Origin: a virus
Lineage: Duplodnaviria > Caudoviricetes
IMG/VR virus record: IMGVR_UViG_3300012971_000043
Span: 1 to 36,057 of that record
Strand: one strand, 5' to 3'
Length of the DNA: 36,057 bases
In this document: piece by piece, positions 1-8,941 of the stretch
Numbering within the stretch: the stretch's first letter is position 1
Layout: the number at the start of each line of letters is the position of its first letter
Program-made: the position numbers and the translations under genes
Notes under the pieces: generated by a model
The model's input: only the letters and a program-made list of their open reading frames with translations
Databases searched by the model: none
What the model was told of the DNA's origin: nothing

Positions 1-121
1 CCCATTCGTCGAACGACATCTCGACTTCGTCGCTGTCAGGCAGTGACGTCACGATCGCGCCGACGTCTTGATTGTGCGCGAGCCACGGCAGCGCATCGCG
101 ACAGATGAACTCAGCGCTCAT
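1..121 (-). CDS. Methyltransferase-like protein, N-terminal part only (runs off the window edge)
   Basis: Not in the ORF track. The ATG at 121 overlaps the upstream TGA (ATGA). Reads MSAEFICRDALPWLAHNQDVGAIVTSLPDSDEVEMSFDEW; C-x-DAL-x-WL...IVTSLPD resembles the start and motif IV region (TSPPY variant) of beta-class amino-MTases. Confidence 0.6.
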   Translation of the reverse strand, partial: MSAEFICRDALPWLAHNQDVGAIVTSLPDSDEVEMSFDEW

Positions 122-1029
122 GGCTTGACGAAGATCAGCGCATATTCGTGCCGCTTCGGCAGAATCTTCTGCGACAGCACTTGCGAAGCGAACGACGCGC
201 GCATCGACGTTCCGAGATCAGTGATCGCGATGTCGTGCTGTTTGAAGCCAGCGTCGCGCAGGCAGCGAATCATGTCGCCGTGGTAGTTGTAGAACCTGCC
301 GTCGAATCGAAAATCATTGACGCACCAGACTGCGAAGCTGCCGCTCTTCAAGCAGCGAAAGTTCTCTTTGCAGACGTTCGTCAGCTTGTGCAGGAAAGTC
401 GGATAGTCATTCTTGCCGAGCTGCTGCATCTCGTCGCCGTAGTCTTCGAGACACCAGTAGGGCGGTGACGTGATCGTGAAGTCGCCTGCATTGTTCTTCA
501 CTGGCATGTGCTGCGAATCGCACTCGTGCAGATCGATCGTCGCGTTGTTCAGTCTGAACATCATGTCGTCCTGTTCTTTCAGCAGTCGATCGCGCAGCTC
601 GAAGTTCGCTTTCATGAATTTCTTCGAGAGATCGCAGCCGATGTAGTTGCGACGCTCGCGCCAGCACAGTTCCATGCGCGAATTGTGCCCTGCAAAAGGG
701 TCGACGACAGTCATCCCTGCGTCAGTGTAGAGCCGCAGCAGAATGCGCCCGACGTTCTGCGGGAAGCGCGAGAGCGCACCCCAGCGCGCGCCAGCCCCGC
801 TGAGCATGAACATGTCGTAGTCGCGCACGTCTTCGCTCGTCACGAGCTGCTTGTCTTTTCCCCAGCCCGTGTCTGTGTAATTGCGTCCCTGCTCTTCGAC
901 GAGCAGATCAGTCGCTTTGTCTGCGAGACTGTAGCGCAAGATCGATTCGGGCAGCTCGCCGCCGAACAGTCTGATGATCTTTTCGCGTCGCTCTCTGCTG
1001 TCGCCTACGTCATCAAGATTCTTCGGCAT
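118..1029 (-). CDS. DNA amino-methyltransferase (N4-C/N6-A type)
   Basis: SAM-binding motif I VVDPFAGHNS, motif IV ITSPPYW, then CLKSGSFAVW and a C-terminal HEYALIFVKP. Confidence 0.85.
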   Translation of the reverse strand: MPKNLDDVGDSRERREKIIRLFGGELPESILRYSLADKATDLLVEEQGRNYTDTGWGKDKQLVTSEDVRDYDMFMLSGAGARWGALSRFPQNVGRILLRLYTDAGMTVVDPFAGHNSRMELCWRERRNYIGCDLSKKFMKANFELRDRLLKEQDDMMFRLNNATIDLHECDSQHMPVKNNAGDFTITSPPYWCLEDYGDEMQQLGKNDYPTFLHKLTNVCKENFRCLKSGSFAVWCVNDFRFDGRFYNYHGDMIRCLRDAGFKQHDIAITDLGTSMRASFASQVLSQKILPKRHEYALIFVKP

Positions 1030-1093
1030 GACTATTGACTCTATACCAAGGGAAAAACCCTTTCCAGCGCTATTTTGAGCGTCCTACGGGCAC

Positions 1094-2134
1094 TCAGAGA
1101 AGCTCGCCACGAGTCGCAGACGCTGAGTGTCGCTTTGCTGCACGTTCGTCGAGCGCCTGCATGATGTAGTTCCAGTTCTCCTCTTTCATGAACTCAGTCA
1201 CGCGCGCTGCTGGAATCTTGTCGAACGCACCCTGCTCGGCGTCAATCCAACCCTCGTCAAGTGCGAGCTTCACGAAGTCTTGCGGCGTGCAGTTGCCGAC
1301 AGCGAGCAGATCAGTGAAGCGCTGATGCGGACTTTTCTCAGTAGGGGCCGAAGGGGCCGGGCGGCTCTTTCTTTGCAGGTCTGGCGGCGGCGCTACTGCT
1401 TCGCGCGGCTTCGTCTCTTTTTTTTTCGGCTCTTCGATGACTTCAGCTTTCACAGGCACAGCTTTATCAGCTGCAGCTTTCTCACCGTCAGTCGTCGTCG
1501 TTTCTTGAAAGACGGGTCGCGCGATCTCGCCTTGAGGCGTCGCCGTCATCTCTTCATTCGTGTAGAGGCCGCCGAGCATTGTAGGAAAGCTCGATCGCAG
1601 CGCGTCGGCTTCTGCGCATTTTGTGATCATGCCAGCTGGGTCGTCTCTCCAAACGCCGAATTGCTTGTTGAAACGCGAGAGTCGCAGTCTGCGAGTGATC
1701 GGATGTGTGCGATGCTTGAAATGCACTACCGCCCAGCCGCCCAAGATTGTGTCGTTCTGCAGATGAAAATCGCTGACGAGATCGATGATCTTGCCTTCGC
1801 GCATTACGATCACGCCTGACTCCATTCCATCGAACTCAGGATGCACCTCTGCGCGTTTCAAGAACGCTTGATGCGCAGTGATCAAGCTGAACGTCGGCCC
1901 GCTCTGTGAATCGTAACCGATCAAGAACGCATCTCCCTCGAATGGATTGAGACGACGCGCTTGACACAGCAGGATGAACTTCAGCACGTCATCGTCATTC
2001 GGGCTTTTGCCTGTCTTGGTTTTTACTGCGATCAGTCGACGCACAACTTCGATCGACAGTTGAATTTTCTGATCACTGCCGAACGGCGTGAACGAAACGA
2101 TGCTCTTATCTTCAGTGTTCTCAGTCTTCGCCAT
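1094..2134 (-). CDS. bet: Bet/RecT-family single-strand annealing protein
   Basis: FILLCQARRLNPF, LKRAEVHPEFDGMESG, GGWAVV, W-x3-P-x2-M-x2-KCAEADALRSSFP; Pro/Lys-rich linker and C-terminal domain. Start moved to ATG 2134, which follows GGAGAG. Confidence 0.9.
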   Translation of the reverse strand: MAKTENTEDKSIVSFTPFGSDQKIQLSIEVVRRLIAVKTKTGKSPNDDDVLKFILLCQARRLNPFEGDAFLIGYDSQSGPTFSLITAHQAFLKRAEVHPEFDGMESGVIVMREGKIIDLVSDFHLQNDTILGGWAVVHFKHRTHPITRRLRLSRFNKQFGVWRDDPAGMITKCAEADALRSSFPTMLGGLYTNEEMTATPQGEIARPVFQETTTTDGEKAAADKAVPVKAEVIEEPKKKETKPREAVAPPPDLQRKSRPAPSAPTEKSPHQRFTDLLAVGNCTPQDFVKLALDEGWIDAEQGAFDKIPAARVTEFMKEENWNYIMQALDERAAKRHSASATRGELL

Positions 2135-2435
2135 TGTCGCTCTCCGTTTTGACGCGCAAATCGTCTTTTCCATGTTTAAGGACACAAATCAGATCGTCAT
2201 GCCGATAGACGATCGTGCCATCTTTGTCAGCGCCGATCTTGTCGCTGTAACCACGCAGCGCGTTGATCAGCTTCACTTTCGCTTCAACCTCTTTCTCGGT
2301 GCACGCCATGCGCGCATCGCGGGCTTTCACATATTTGTCGATCAGCGTGTCGACTTCAAGAATCGCAACGCGCTCGACGCCTTTCCCGGTCATGCCGGGC
2401 AGCTCTGAACTTTTCTTCGCAACAGTCATGTTCAC
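2121..2435 (-). CDS. Hypothetical protein
   Basis: 104-aa ORF packed in the operon, AGGAGG upstream. Confidence 0.7.
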   Translation of the reverse strand: MNMTVAKKSSELPGMTGKGVERVAILEVDTLIDKYVKARDARMACTEKEVEAKVKLINALRGYSDKIGADKDGTIVYRHDDLICVLKHGKDDLRVKTESDNGED

Positions 2436-2599
2436 TCAGCCTCCTTCTCATGTTTGATGTCTGCCTGCAAGGCATCGATCTTTGTTTCGACATCGCTCTG
2501 AATCTCTTCGAGATCATCGAGCGTGACTTGTTTCTCGACGCTCGTGTCACCGAAAAGCTCATCGAGCGCGTCCCTTACTGCTTCGCCTTTTGTTGTCAT
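2432..2599 (-). CDS. Small acidic hypothetical protein (55 aa)
   Basis: Not in the track. MTTKGEAVRDALDELFGDTSVEKQVTLDDLEEIQSDVETKIDALQADIKHEKEAE fills the gap with 4-bp overlaps at both ends. Confidence 0.7.
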   Translation of the reverse strand: MTTKGEAVRDALDELFGDTSVEKQVTLDDLEEIQSDVETKIDALQADIKHEKEAE

Positions 2600-2874
2600 A
2601 GTCTCTTGCTCGGCGCGTCGAAGCCGAAGTCGCCTCTCAGCCAGTAGGCAACGAGCGTCAGCTCGCTGTGCAGATCATTGTCACCCTCTTCAAACTCGTC
2701 GCTCGTTTCGTCGACGTAGTAGTGCGCATCGATCTGATCGATCGTCATGCGCTTCTGCAACACTTCAATCGTTTCTTTGAGCGTCTCGCGCGCGCGATCG
2801 TTCCAGCGATCTTGCTTTGAGAGCGCGTTTTTCAACGCGACGATCTCATTGCCGATCTCAGTGTCACTTCGCAT
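2596..2874 (-). CDS. Hypothetical protein
   Basis: 92 aa, tight overlaps with neighbours. Confidence 0.7.
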   Translation of the reverse strand: MRSDTEIGNEIVALKNALSKQDRWNDRARETLKETIEVLQKRMTIDQIDAHYYVDETSDEFEEGDNDLHSELTLVAYWLRGDFGFDAPSKRL

Positions 2875-3232
2875 CGTCGGTCTTTTTCTTTTCGAACGCG
2901 CTTGGTGTCAAGTTCGCTCTGCGCAGATCGAAGCAGCAGCCGTTGTTGAAGCTGACGCGAATTTTTGTGTCAGCGATGCCAGCAATGATGCGATGCAGCT
3001 CAGGACGCGGGATGCCTTCCCACGGCCAGTTTCTGCGAAAGTAACACATGCCGCTCTCTTCGTTTCGCTCGCGCCACCAGTCGTCAGATTTCACAAGCTC
3101 GACGTTCTCTTTGTCGACGACGATTGAGTGCGCATAGTCGCGACCGCGAATCACAAGCCAAACCCCGTCCTTGCCATTGAAGATGCCTTCGAGCATCTGC
3201 AGCTGATCGTTGAACAATGTCTCACTGCTCAT
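2864..3232 (-). CDS. Hypothetical protein
   Basis: 122 aa, ATGA overlap with the upstream gene. Confidence 0.65.
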   Translation of the reverse strand: MSSETLFNDQLQMLEGIFNGKDGVWLVIRGRDYAHSIVVDKENVELVKSDDWWRERNEESGMCYFRRNWPWEGIPRPELHRIIAGIADTKIRVSFNNGCCFDLRRANLTPSAFEKKKTDDAK

Positions 3233-4140
3233 TCAGTCGCTCCGTTGTTGCTCTTGTCTTTCAGCGGTTTCGCCCAGACAACTATATCGCCCTCAACTTC
3301 GACTACTGTGCGTCCATAATCTTTCATCGCAGCTTCAGCGATCTTGAGGCGTTTCTTTTCAGCGCGCTTCGCGATTGCGACGAGTTTGCTGCGACCGATC
3401 TCTTCGTCGAGCACGTAGATGAACTCTTGCAACCCAGCTCTTGGACCCAAAATCGAATTGAAGACACCCCTCAGGCCTTTCGGCACCGAATGACAAGGCT
3501 GCTCGCGAGCAGTAGGAACACTGCCTGACGTTCTTTGTGTTTCGAGTGCAGCCAGCTGATCTTGCTCTCTCTGCCGACCGGCGCGCAGCGATTCGAAAAC
3601 AGTGCTGACTCTGCTCTTGCCGTCACGAATGCTCTTCAGTTTTTCAGGCGCGTGCTTGATGATCTTGCGCGCATTGCTGACTGTGTTATGGCTGACGCCA
3701 AGCAGCTTCGCAGCATCGTTTATTTTCATCGGCAATTCAGCTGCAATCAGTGCGAGCTGATCTTTCGAGCATTCTTTCTTGAGCTTCTCGATCTGTTCAG
3801 TCGACATCATGCTGGCGGGTGGTGCTTGCATTGTTTTCTTCGGTCTATTGAGCAATCGATAGGCATCGCTCAAATCCGTCACATTGACGGATTTCAATTC
3901 ATCGCGTCGCTCAAAGCATGACATATATCGTTGCGGCGTTCGCCCACGCAGTTGTGTGTTCGCTTCTAACCACGAAAGAAATTCACCGTGATCGAGCTGC
4001 GCCTTGACATTGCAGAGCAATTCGCCGATGCGAATCGCCTTGCTGAGCGACGTGCGCGCAGCGCTCATGATCTCGCTGTGCAGTTCAGCGATCTCACGAG
4101 CGGCTGCGCTGAGTTTCTGATCAGGCTGCGACAGCTTCAT
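3229..4140 (-). CDS. DUF3102-like domain plus ParB-type HTH protein
   Basis: AIRIGELLCNVKAQLDHGEFLSWLE...RTPQRYM (DUF3102-like) and INDAAKLLGVSHNTVSNARKI (HTH). Probable start is ATG 4140. Confidence 0.7.
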   Translation of the reverse strand: MKLSQPDQKLSAAAREIAELHSEIMSAARTSLSKAIRIGELLCNVKAQLDHGEFLSWLEANTQLRGRTPQRYMSCFERRDELKSVNVTDLSDAYRLLNRPKKTMQAPPASMMSTEQIEKLKKECSKDQLALIAAELPMKINDAAKLLGVSHNTVSNARKIIKHAPEKLKSIRDGKSRVSTVFESLRAGRQREQDQLAALETQRTSGSVPTAREQPCHSVPKGLRGVFNSILGPRAGLQEFIYVLDEEIGRSKLVAIAKRAEKKRLKIAEAAMKDYGRTVVEVEGDIVVWAKPLKDKSNNGATE

Positions 4141-4666
4141 CAGTGAAGATTTTGCTGCGCACTTTCTCGTAGTTGCGAATCCCATCAGTGCGATGAAATG
4201 ATGGGTTGATAGCACGCTTGCCGCGCGGCTTCACTTCGCGCTTGCGTGGCTTGCGCGGTTTGCCGTTGCTCTTGCGCTCTTTCAGCGCAGTCACTGTCGC
4301 ATCTTTCACCGCGAGTTTGAAAGGAATCTCTTCTGCGACGTGCTCTGCGATCTCGCCCTTGTCGTTGATCACATTGCCTCTGTCGTATTCCTTGACGAAT
4401 GCGAGCAGCGTGAGAGGTGTGCGCCAGACAAGTTTTTGGCCCTTCTCTGTGTCGACGATGATCACTTCAAATTCGTCAACAAGTATGCTGCGCCATTGCT
4501 TGCCGTGGGTTTTGCCATAGACCTTGATCGCACGTTTGCCTGCGCAGTGCGCTGCATCTTTTCTGAACGCATTGCGAATGTGATCGTGCGTGATCACTGG
4601 CGTGTAGACTTCTGATCTCCGAGGCGCAGTGCCCTCGGCCGTTGCGGTATTGGTTTTGTTTACCAT
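4121..4666 (-). CDS. Hypothetical protein with basic C-terminal tail
   Basis: 181 aa with KPRKPRKREVKPRGKR tail; promoter-like sequences upstream. Confidence 0.7.
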   Translation of the reverse strand: MVNKTNTATAEGTAPRRSEVYTPVITHDHIRNAFRKDAAHCAGKRAIKVYGKTHGKQWRSILVDEFEVIIVDTEKGQKLVWRTPLTLLAFVKEYDRGNVINDKGEIAEHVAEEIPFKLAVKDATVTALKERKSNGKPRKPRKREVKPRGKRAINPSFHRTDGIRNYEKVRSKIFTDEAVAA

Positions 4667-4682
4667 AAAATGCGCTGAGATG

Positions 4683-4772
4683 TTCTACGAAAACTAGGTG
4701 TCAAAGTTTCAAAATATTTTGCGATGAGGCGAACATTCTGACACTTCAATTTCGCGTGTGCAAGTAGAAACT
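4683..4772 (-). promoter_or_regulatory. Promoter/operator region with GTAGAA boxes
   Basis: Minus strand TTGCAC-N17-CAGAAT and a second TTGACA (4699-4704). 4753-4772 matches 24155-24174 at 19/20 positions. Confidence 0.6.
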
Positions 4773-5584
4773 CAAATCTTTTTTCGCAGCGCTCGACGTT
4801 GACGTTCTTCGCGTTTCTCGATGACTGCGAGTGGCTCAGTCAGCAGCGCGCGCAGCTTCGCTTCGAGCAGCTCGACGATGAGACGCTGACTGAGCGCTTC
4901 AGTCTCAACTGCTTCGTGACGGCCGCTCTTGCGCGTGTAGCGACGATCAGTCTTGATGATTCGCGGCAGATCGTAGCGCACGACCTGATCTTCCGTGAGC
5001 GCGACACGCTCCCAGTCGAGGGCGCCGACTTTCTGCTCAAGAACGCTGCGCGTGTTCGATTCGATTTGATTGCCGCACAGATCAAAGTCGCCAAGATACA
5101 AGACGCGCGATGCGACTGCGCTCTGCAGCAGCGGCGCGATCTGCGTGTGCAGAAACCCTCCGCACTGCCCGTTCGTCGATGCGATGCGCACGCGGTATTG
5201 AAACGCGATCGAGCGCAGAACGCCAGCAAGCGATCGACTCTCAGTCAGCACGAGCACAGTCTCGCCGCCCCACGCATCGAGTCGCGCGTGTGGTAGATAA
5301 TCGATCAGCGCGTTCTTGATCGATGACGCGCCTGAATAGTTGTCGAGCACTCGCGTCTCGTCGACGATGTCACCCCACGGAATGATTCCCTTCTCGCGCA
5401 GCTGCTTTGACGCGTCGATGACGATCTGATCAGGACGACGCTTGCTCGTCTTTTCTTTGCTGATGATCGCGCGTGCGACCAGCTCGTAGAATAGAAACCT
5501 GACGCTCGTAGGAAGTGCGTCGTCGCGCTCGTGTTCGCGCATCAGTTCAATCAGTGCATCTCGGACTCTCGATATTTTGCTCAC
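4772..5584 (-). CDS. Topoisomerase VI-A/Spo11-like WHD-TOPRIM protein (Mini-A-like)
   Basis: TSVRFLFYELV (WHD with Arg and candidate catalytic Tyr), REKGIIPWGDIVDETR, TOPRIM Glu in VLTESRSL, DxD in LYLGDFDLCG, RVALTEDQV, ETEAL. Confidence 0.75.
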   Translation of the reverse strand: MSKISRVRDALIELMREHERDDALPTSVRFLFYELVARAIISKEKTSKRRPDQIVIDASKQLREKGIIPWGDIVDETRVLDNYSGASSIKNALIDYLPHARLDAWGGETVLVLTESRSLAGVLRSIAFQYRVRIASTNGQCGGFLHTQIAPLLQSAVASRVLYLGDFDLCGNQIESNTRSVLEQKVGALDWERVALTEDQVVRYDLPRIIKTDRRYTRKSGRHEAVETEALSQRLIVELLEAKLRALLTEPLAVIEKREERQRRALRKKI

Positions 5585-5643
5585 GCATCGTTCTACGACA
5601 TCTGCGAAGCGAGGTTCTCAGAAAATGCGTTCGTGAACGCAAA

Positions 5644-5862
5644 TCAGGCAGCAGCTTGCTCGCCGTCAGCAGACATGATGAACTTTTCGTAGGCTTTCTC
5701 TTTCAGCCCGAAGTTCAGTAGACCTTCGATGAACTCCTGCATCGGCATACGCTTCTGAACAGAGAGCACTCGAATGCGATGATGAAGGACGTCGCTGATT
5801 TTAACAGTTCTCGTCATCGGCAGCTTTGCCGGAGCCGGTGCGGTTGTCTTTTTGGTCTTCAT
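5644..5862 (-). CDS. Ribbon-helix-helix (Arc/ParG-like) DNA-binding protein
   Basis: TRTVKISDVLHHRIRVLSVQKRMPMQEFIEGLL fits the beta-alpha-alpha pattern; sits at a divergent promoter. Confidence 0.7.
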   Translation of the reverse strand: MKTKKTTAPAPAKLPMTRTVKISDVLHHRIRVLSVQKRMPMQEFIEGLLNFGLKEKAYEKFIMSADGEQAAA

Positions 5863-5872
5863 TGCGATTGCG

Positions 5873-5904
5873 AGCTTGACACGATTCTACAAGTGCGCAA
5901 GTCT
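5873..5904. promoter_or_regulatory. Overlapping divergent promoters and candidate operator (26-bp repeat copy 1)
   Basis: Plus strand TTGACA(5876)-N17-AAGTCT; minus strand TTGCGC-N16-CAAGCT. 5877-5902 is identical to 25431-25456. Confidence 0.7.
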
Positions 5905-5912
5905 TTTTTTCG

Positions 5913-6356
5913 ATGAAGCGCAAAGGGATTGAGATGACGCTCGAACAAGTCATCGCGCATCAACGCAAACACGGCTTCGAAGCGCCAGCGCCATTCAGCA
6001 GCGAGACAGTGCGCATCGCAGAGAAGAAACTGCGCAAGCTGCGAATCGGTCGACGCAAGATGACGCAGACAGAACTCGAATTTCAAGCACTGCTCAGCGC
6101 TCAAAAAGAGCAAGGGATGATTCTCGATTTCAAATTCGAAGGCGTGCGACTGCCGTGGGGTGACGGGATGCTTTTCAAGTCTGACTTCGCAGTGCAGCAG
6201 CTCAACGGCGCGATCGCGCTCATCGAAGTCAAGGGCAAGCACATTTGGAAGCACGCGATCGTGCGCTTCAAAGGCTGTCGCGCTGAGTGGAAAGATTGGT
6301 TCTGCTTCGAGTTCTGGCAGAAAGATTCAAACGGTTTATGGCATCAACTAGCTTGA
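5913..6356 (+). CDS. DUF1064-like PD-(D/E)XK endonuclease
   Basis: MTQTELEF...FKFEGVRL...FKSDFAV...LIEVKG...VRFK motif order. Confidence 0.75.
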   Translation: MKRKGIEMTLEQVIAHQRKHGFEAPAPFSSETVRIAEKKLRKLRIGRRKMTQTELEFQALLSAQKEQGMILDFKFEGVRLPWGDGMLFKSDFAVQQLNGAIALIEVKGKHIWKHAIVRFKGCRAEWKDWFCFEFWQKDSNGLWHQLA

Positions 6357-7489
6357 CAGTCAAACGGTCGACAACGTCGCCATCTAACCTTGAGCGACGC
6401 TGGCTCTGTCCCGGTAGCGCGCAGCTCGAAGCGCGCGTGTCAGTCGCAGCTGATGAAGAGGAATCGACTGACGCGGCGAAAGGCAAGCTGTTTCATCGCT
6501 ACTGGGCGAACCCGAACTACGATCGCAGCTTTCTCAGTCCGAACGATCGCGATCTGCTCGATCTCAGTGATCGACTCTGCGACGACGTGCTGAACAAGCT
6601 CGCGTTCGAAATGCAGCACGAGATTCATGTTGAACATTTCATGACGGGTCGTGACAATCGGTTTCCCGGTCGACCTGATCGCGTCTACTTTTGGCCACAG
6701 CGCAAAGCTGCGCTCGTCGTCGATCTCAAGAGCGGCTGGGCTGTTGTCGAAGGCGCGAATCTGAACTTTCAGCTGCGCGGCTACGCGCTGCTCGTCGCTG
6801 ACAATTTCGACGTCGAGCAAATTTTCGTCGCGATCTTGCAACCGCGCTTGTGGTCGCCGTCTGAACGCATTACTCTTGCGCGATATGAGTCGAAGGACAT
6901 CGAAAAAGCACGCGAGCAAATCGCAGCGATCATCGACGCCAGTGAAGCGAAAGATGCGCCGCTCAAAGCAGGCGAAGCGCAGTGCCGCTACTGCAAAGCA
7001 AAGCTCAACTGCACAGCGTTCCGATCTGCGGTCGCTCTCCCAGTAGCCGCTTTCGCAAGCAACGCTGAGCTGACGAAAGCTGCGCGCGAAGCGTTCATCG
7101 AAGAGCGCGTCAAGCAGTGCAACGACGAGCAGCTTGAGCAGGTGCTCGAAGCGTGCGCGCTCGCAGATCACGTTGCTGAGCCAGCGCGCGACGAAGCGCG
7201 TCGACGCATCCGCGACGGGCAGTTCAACAAATATTTTCTCGGCAAGGAATACGACGCGCGCTCGATCTCGAACGTGCGCCGTGCGATCGCGATGCTCGCG
7301 CTGAGCGGTATCGCGTCGCGCGAAGACATCCTCGACATCTGCAAGCTGTCGATCGACGCAGTCGAAAAGCGCTGGCGCGACAAGAACAAAGGCATGACGT
7401 GGCAACAGGCGCGCGACAAGATCAATCGCGTGCTCGCGTCTGTGATCGAGCGCGAAGCGCGCAAACCAAAGATCATCCGCAAAAAATGA
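6338..7489 (+). CDS. DUF2800-like (Cas4-like) PD-(D/E)XK exonuclease
   Basis: SPS...WLCPGS, G-x2-FH, GRPD, VVDLKSG, NFQLRGYA, ILQPR, CRYC-x5-C. Start placed at ATG 6338. Confidence 0.85.
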   Translation: MASTSLTVKRSTTSPSNLERRWLCPGSAQLEARVSVAADEEESTDAAKGKLFHRYWANPNYDRSFLSPNDRDLLDLSDRLCDDVLNKLAFEMQHEIHVEHFMTGRDNRFPGRPDRVYFWPQRKAALVVDLKSGWAVVEGANLNFQLRGYALLVADNFDVEQIFVAILQPRLWSPSERITLARYESKDIEKAREQIAAIIDASEAKDAPLKAGEAQCRYCKAKLNCTAFRSAVALPVAAFASNAELTKAAREAFIEERVKQCNDEQLEQVLEACALADHVAEPARDEARRRIRDGQFNKYFLGKEYDARSISNVRRAIAMLALSGIASREDILDICKLSIDAVEKRWRDKNKGMTWQQARDKINRVLASVIEREARKPKIIRKK

Positions 7490-8589
7490 AAGACTGGCAG
7501 CACGGCTACGACATCGACTTTCTGAAAGCGCTCGAAGCGCGATTTGATCGATTCAATTCGTTCGCGTTCGGCCCGTTCGCAGAGATGAAAAAGCACACGA
7601 TCGCTGCAGCACTGCACGACGGCGAGCTTGAGTTCACTGATGACTACGTGATCGAGACATCGATCGCGAAGACGAGCACGCCGATCAAGGCCTACCTTGA
7701 CGTCGAGATCGCGCAGAAGCTGAAAGGCGACCGCGTCGTCTCAGCGTTCACTGCAGAAAATCACGTCGCGCTGATCAGGCGTCTCGAAAGTTTCGTCGAA
7801 CCGACGTGGCTCTGGGTCTGGCAAGAGGACGCAGATCAAGTCAACATCGCGACAGCTGCAGGCTTCAAGTTCATCGCGAGCAAGGTCACGTCCTTCTCAG
7901 AGATCAAGGGACTCTATTTCAATTTCAAAGACGGCTTGCTTGCGCGCGAGTTTCCGCCGCTGCTGCCAGCAGAGCGACTCGGTCTGTCGAAGTGCGCGCG
8001 AAAGTTCGACGTCGCGCAGGCACGTGATGAGTTGGGCAAGCTCGCAGTCGATTACACGAATCACTATTCGAACTATAACAAGGACAAATCGTGGAGCGCC
8101 CTTGCGCTGCGCGGCTACAGCAGCGACCCGAAGTTCATCATCAAGCCGAGCGAGATGCCGAAGAAATGGCAAGACGAGCACAAAGAACCGTTCATGCTGC
8201 AGGATACTGCGCTCAGACGGCAGCTGCCGCACATCGACAAGGTGCACGAGCAGATCACGCGCTTGAGCAAAGCGCATCGCATTCGCTTGATGCGTCTCGC
8301 ACCCGGTGGCGGCGAGCTGCAGCGTCACACTGATCAAGTCGACAAAGATTCAGGCGTCGAAGACGGCAAGCTGATGCGCTTTCACTTTCCGCTCGTCACG
8401 AACGACAAGGTGTTCTTCACGAGCTGGGACATGCTCGGTCGAGAATGCACAGTCAACATGCAATGCGGCGAGGCGTGGTACCTTGACACGCGCAAACCGC
8501 ATCGCGCAGTGAACGGCGGCGACAGCGAGCGCATTCATCTCGTCGTCGACATCGAAGCGAACACAGCAGTCAGACTTTTGCTACAGTGA
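7486..8589 (+). CDS. Two-domain protein: unknown (possibly GNAT-like) N-terminal domain fused to an Asp/Asn beta-hydroxylase-like 2OG-Fe(II) dioxygenase
   Basis: RIRLMRLAPGGGELQRHTD (HxD), RFHFPLVTN, GEAWYLDTRKPHRAVNGG (distal His), RIHLVVD (2OG-binding Arg). ATG 7486 overlaps the upstream stop. Confidence 0.8.
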   Translation: MKDWQHGYDIDFLKALEARFDRFNSFAFGPFAEMKKHTIAAALHDGELEFTDDYVIETSIAKTSTPIKAYLDVEIAQKLKGDRVVSAFTAENHVALIRRLESFVEPTWLWVWQEDADQVNIATAAGFKFIASKVTSFSEIKGLYFNFKDGLLAREFPPLLPAERLGLSKCARKFDVAQARDELGKLAVDYTNHYSNYNKDKSWSALALRGYSSDPKFIIKPSEMPKKWQDEHKEPFMLQDTALRRQLPHIDKVHEQITRLSKAHRIRLMRLAPGGGELQRHTDQVDKDSGVEDGKLMRFHFPLVTNDKVFFTSWDMLGRECTVNMQCGEAWYLDTRKPHRAVNGGDSERIHLVVDIEANTAVRLLLQ

Positions 8590-8593
8590 AAGG

Positions 8594-8941
8594 ATGTTCA
8601 AAGTGAGCCAAGAACCTGTCGTGCAACCAGACCCGATGAAAGTCGAGCAGCAGCGCTTCGAGAATCTGATCTTCGAAGCGAAGAAAACAATGCAACCGCT
8701 TGAGCTGCTCGACTACGTGATCAAGCTCTACGGCGAGCAGTTCGTCAAAGCGAACGCTGAGATCGCGCGACTGAAAGGCGCGAACGATGAGATGTTCAAG
8801 ATCAAGCAGAAAGTGGTCATTCTGAATCGCGAGATTCTCGAAAAAAATCTCGAACTCGTGCGCGAGAACGAAGGACTGCAGGCGCGTCTGAAAGTGATGA
8901 CTGACACGCTCGAAAAATCTGCGAGACAGCAAGGCAGATGA
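8594..8941 (+). CDS. Coiled-coil hypothetical protein
   Basis: 115 aa with a heptad-like C-terminal half. Confidence 0.7.
   Translation: MFKVSQEPVVQPDPMKVEQQRFENLIFEAKKTMQPLELLDYVIKLYGEQFVKANAEIARLKGANDEMFKIKQKVVILNREILEKNLELVRENEGLQARLKVMTDTLEKSARQQGR

Noticed and set aside
1030-1093. Terminator between bet and the methyltransferase (AGGG-AAAA-ACCCT)
   Set aside because: The stem is short and there is no properly placed U-tract.
6440-7405. Long antisense ORFs (also 21223-22173, 15926-16681, 1127-1819, 35334-35990)
   Set aside because: They shadow well-supported genes on the other strand and have no recognisable motifs; scarce stop codons in antisense frames explain them.
6338-7489. CRISPR-associated Cas4
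   Set aside because: No cas1/cas2 or array nearby; motifs fit the stand-alone phage DUF2800 nuclease.
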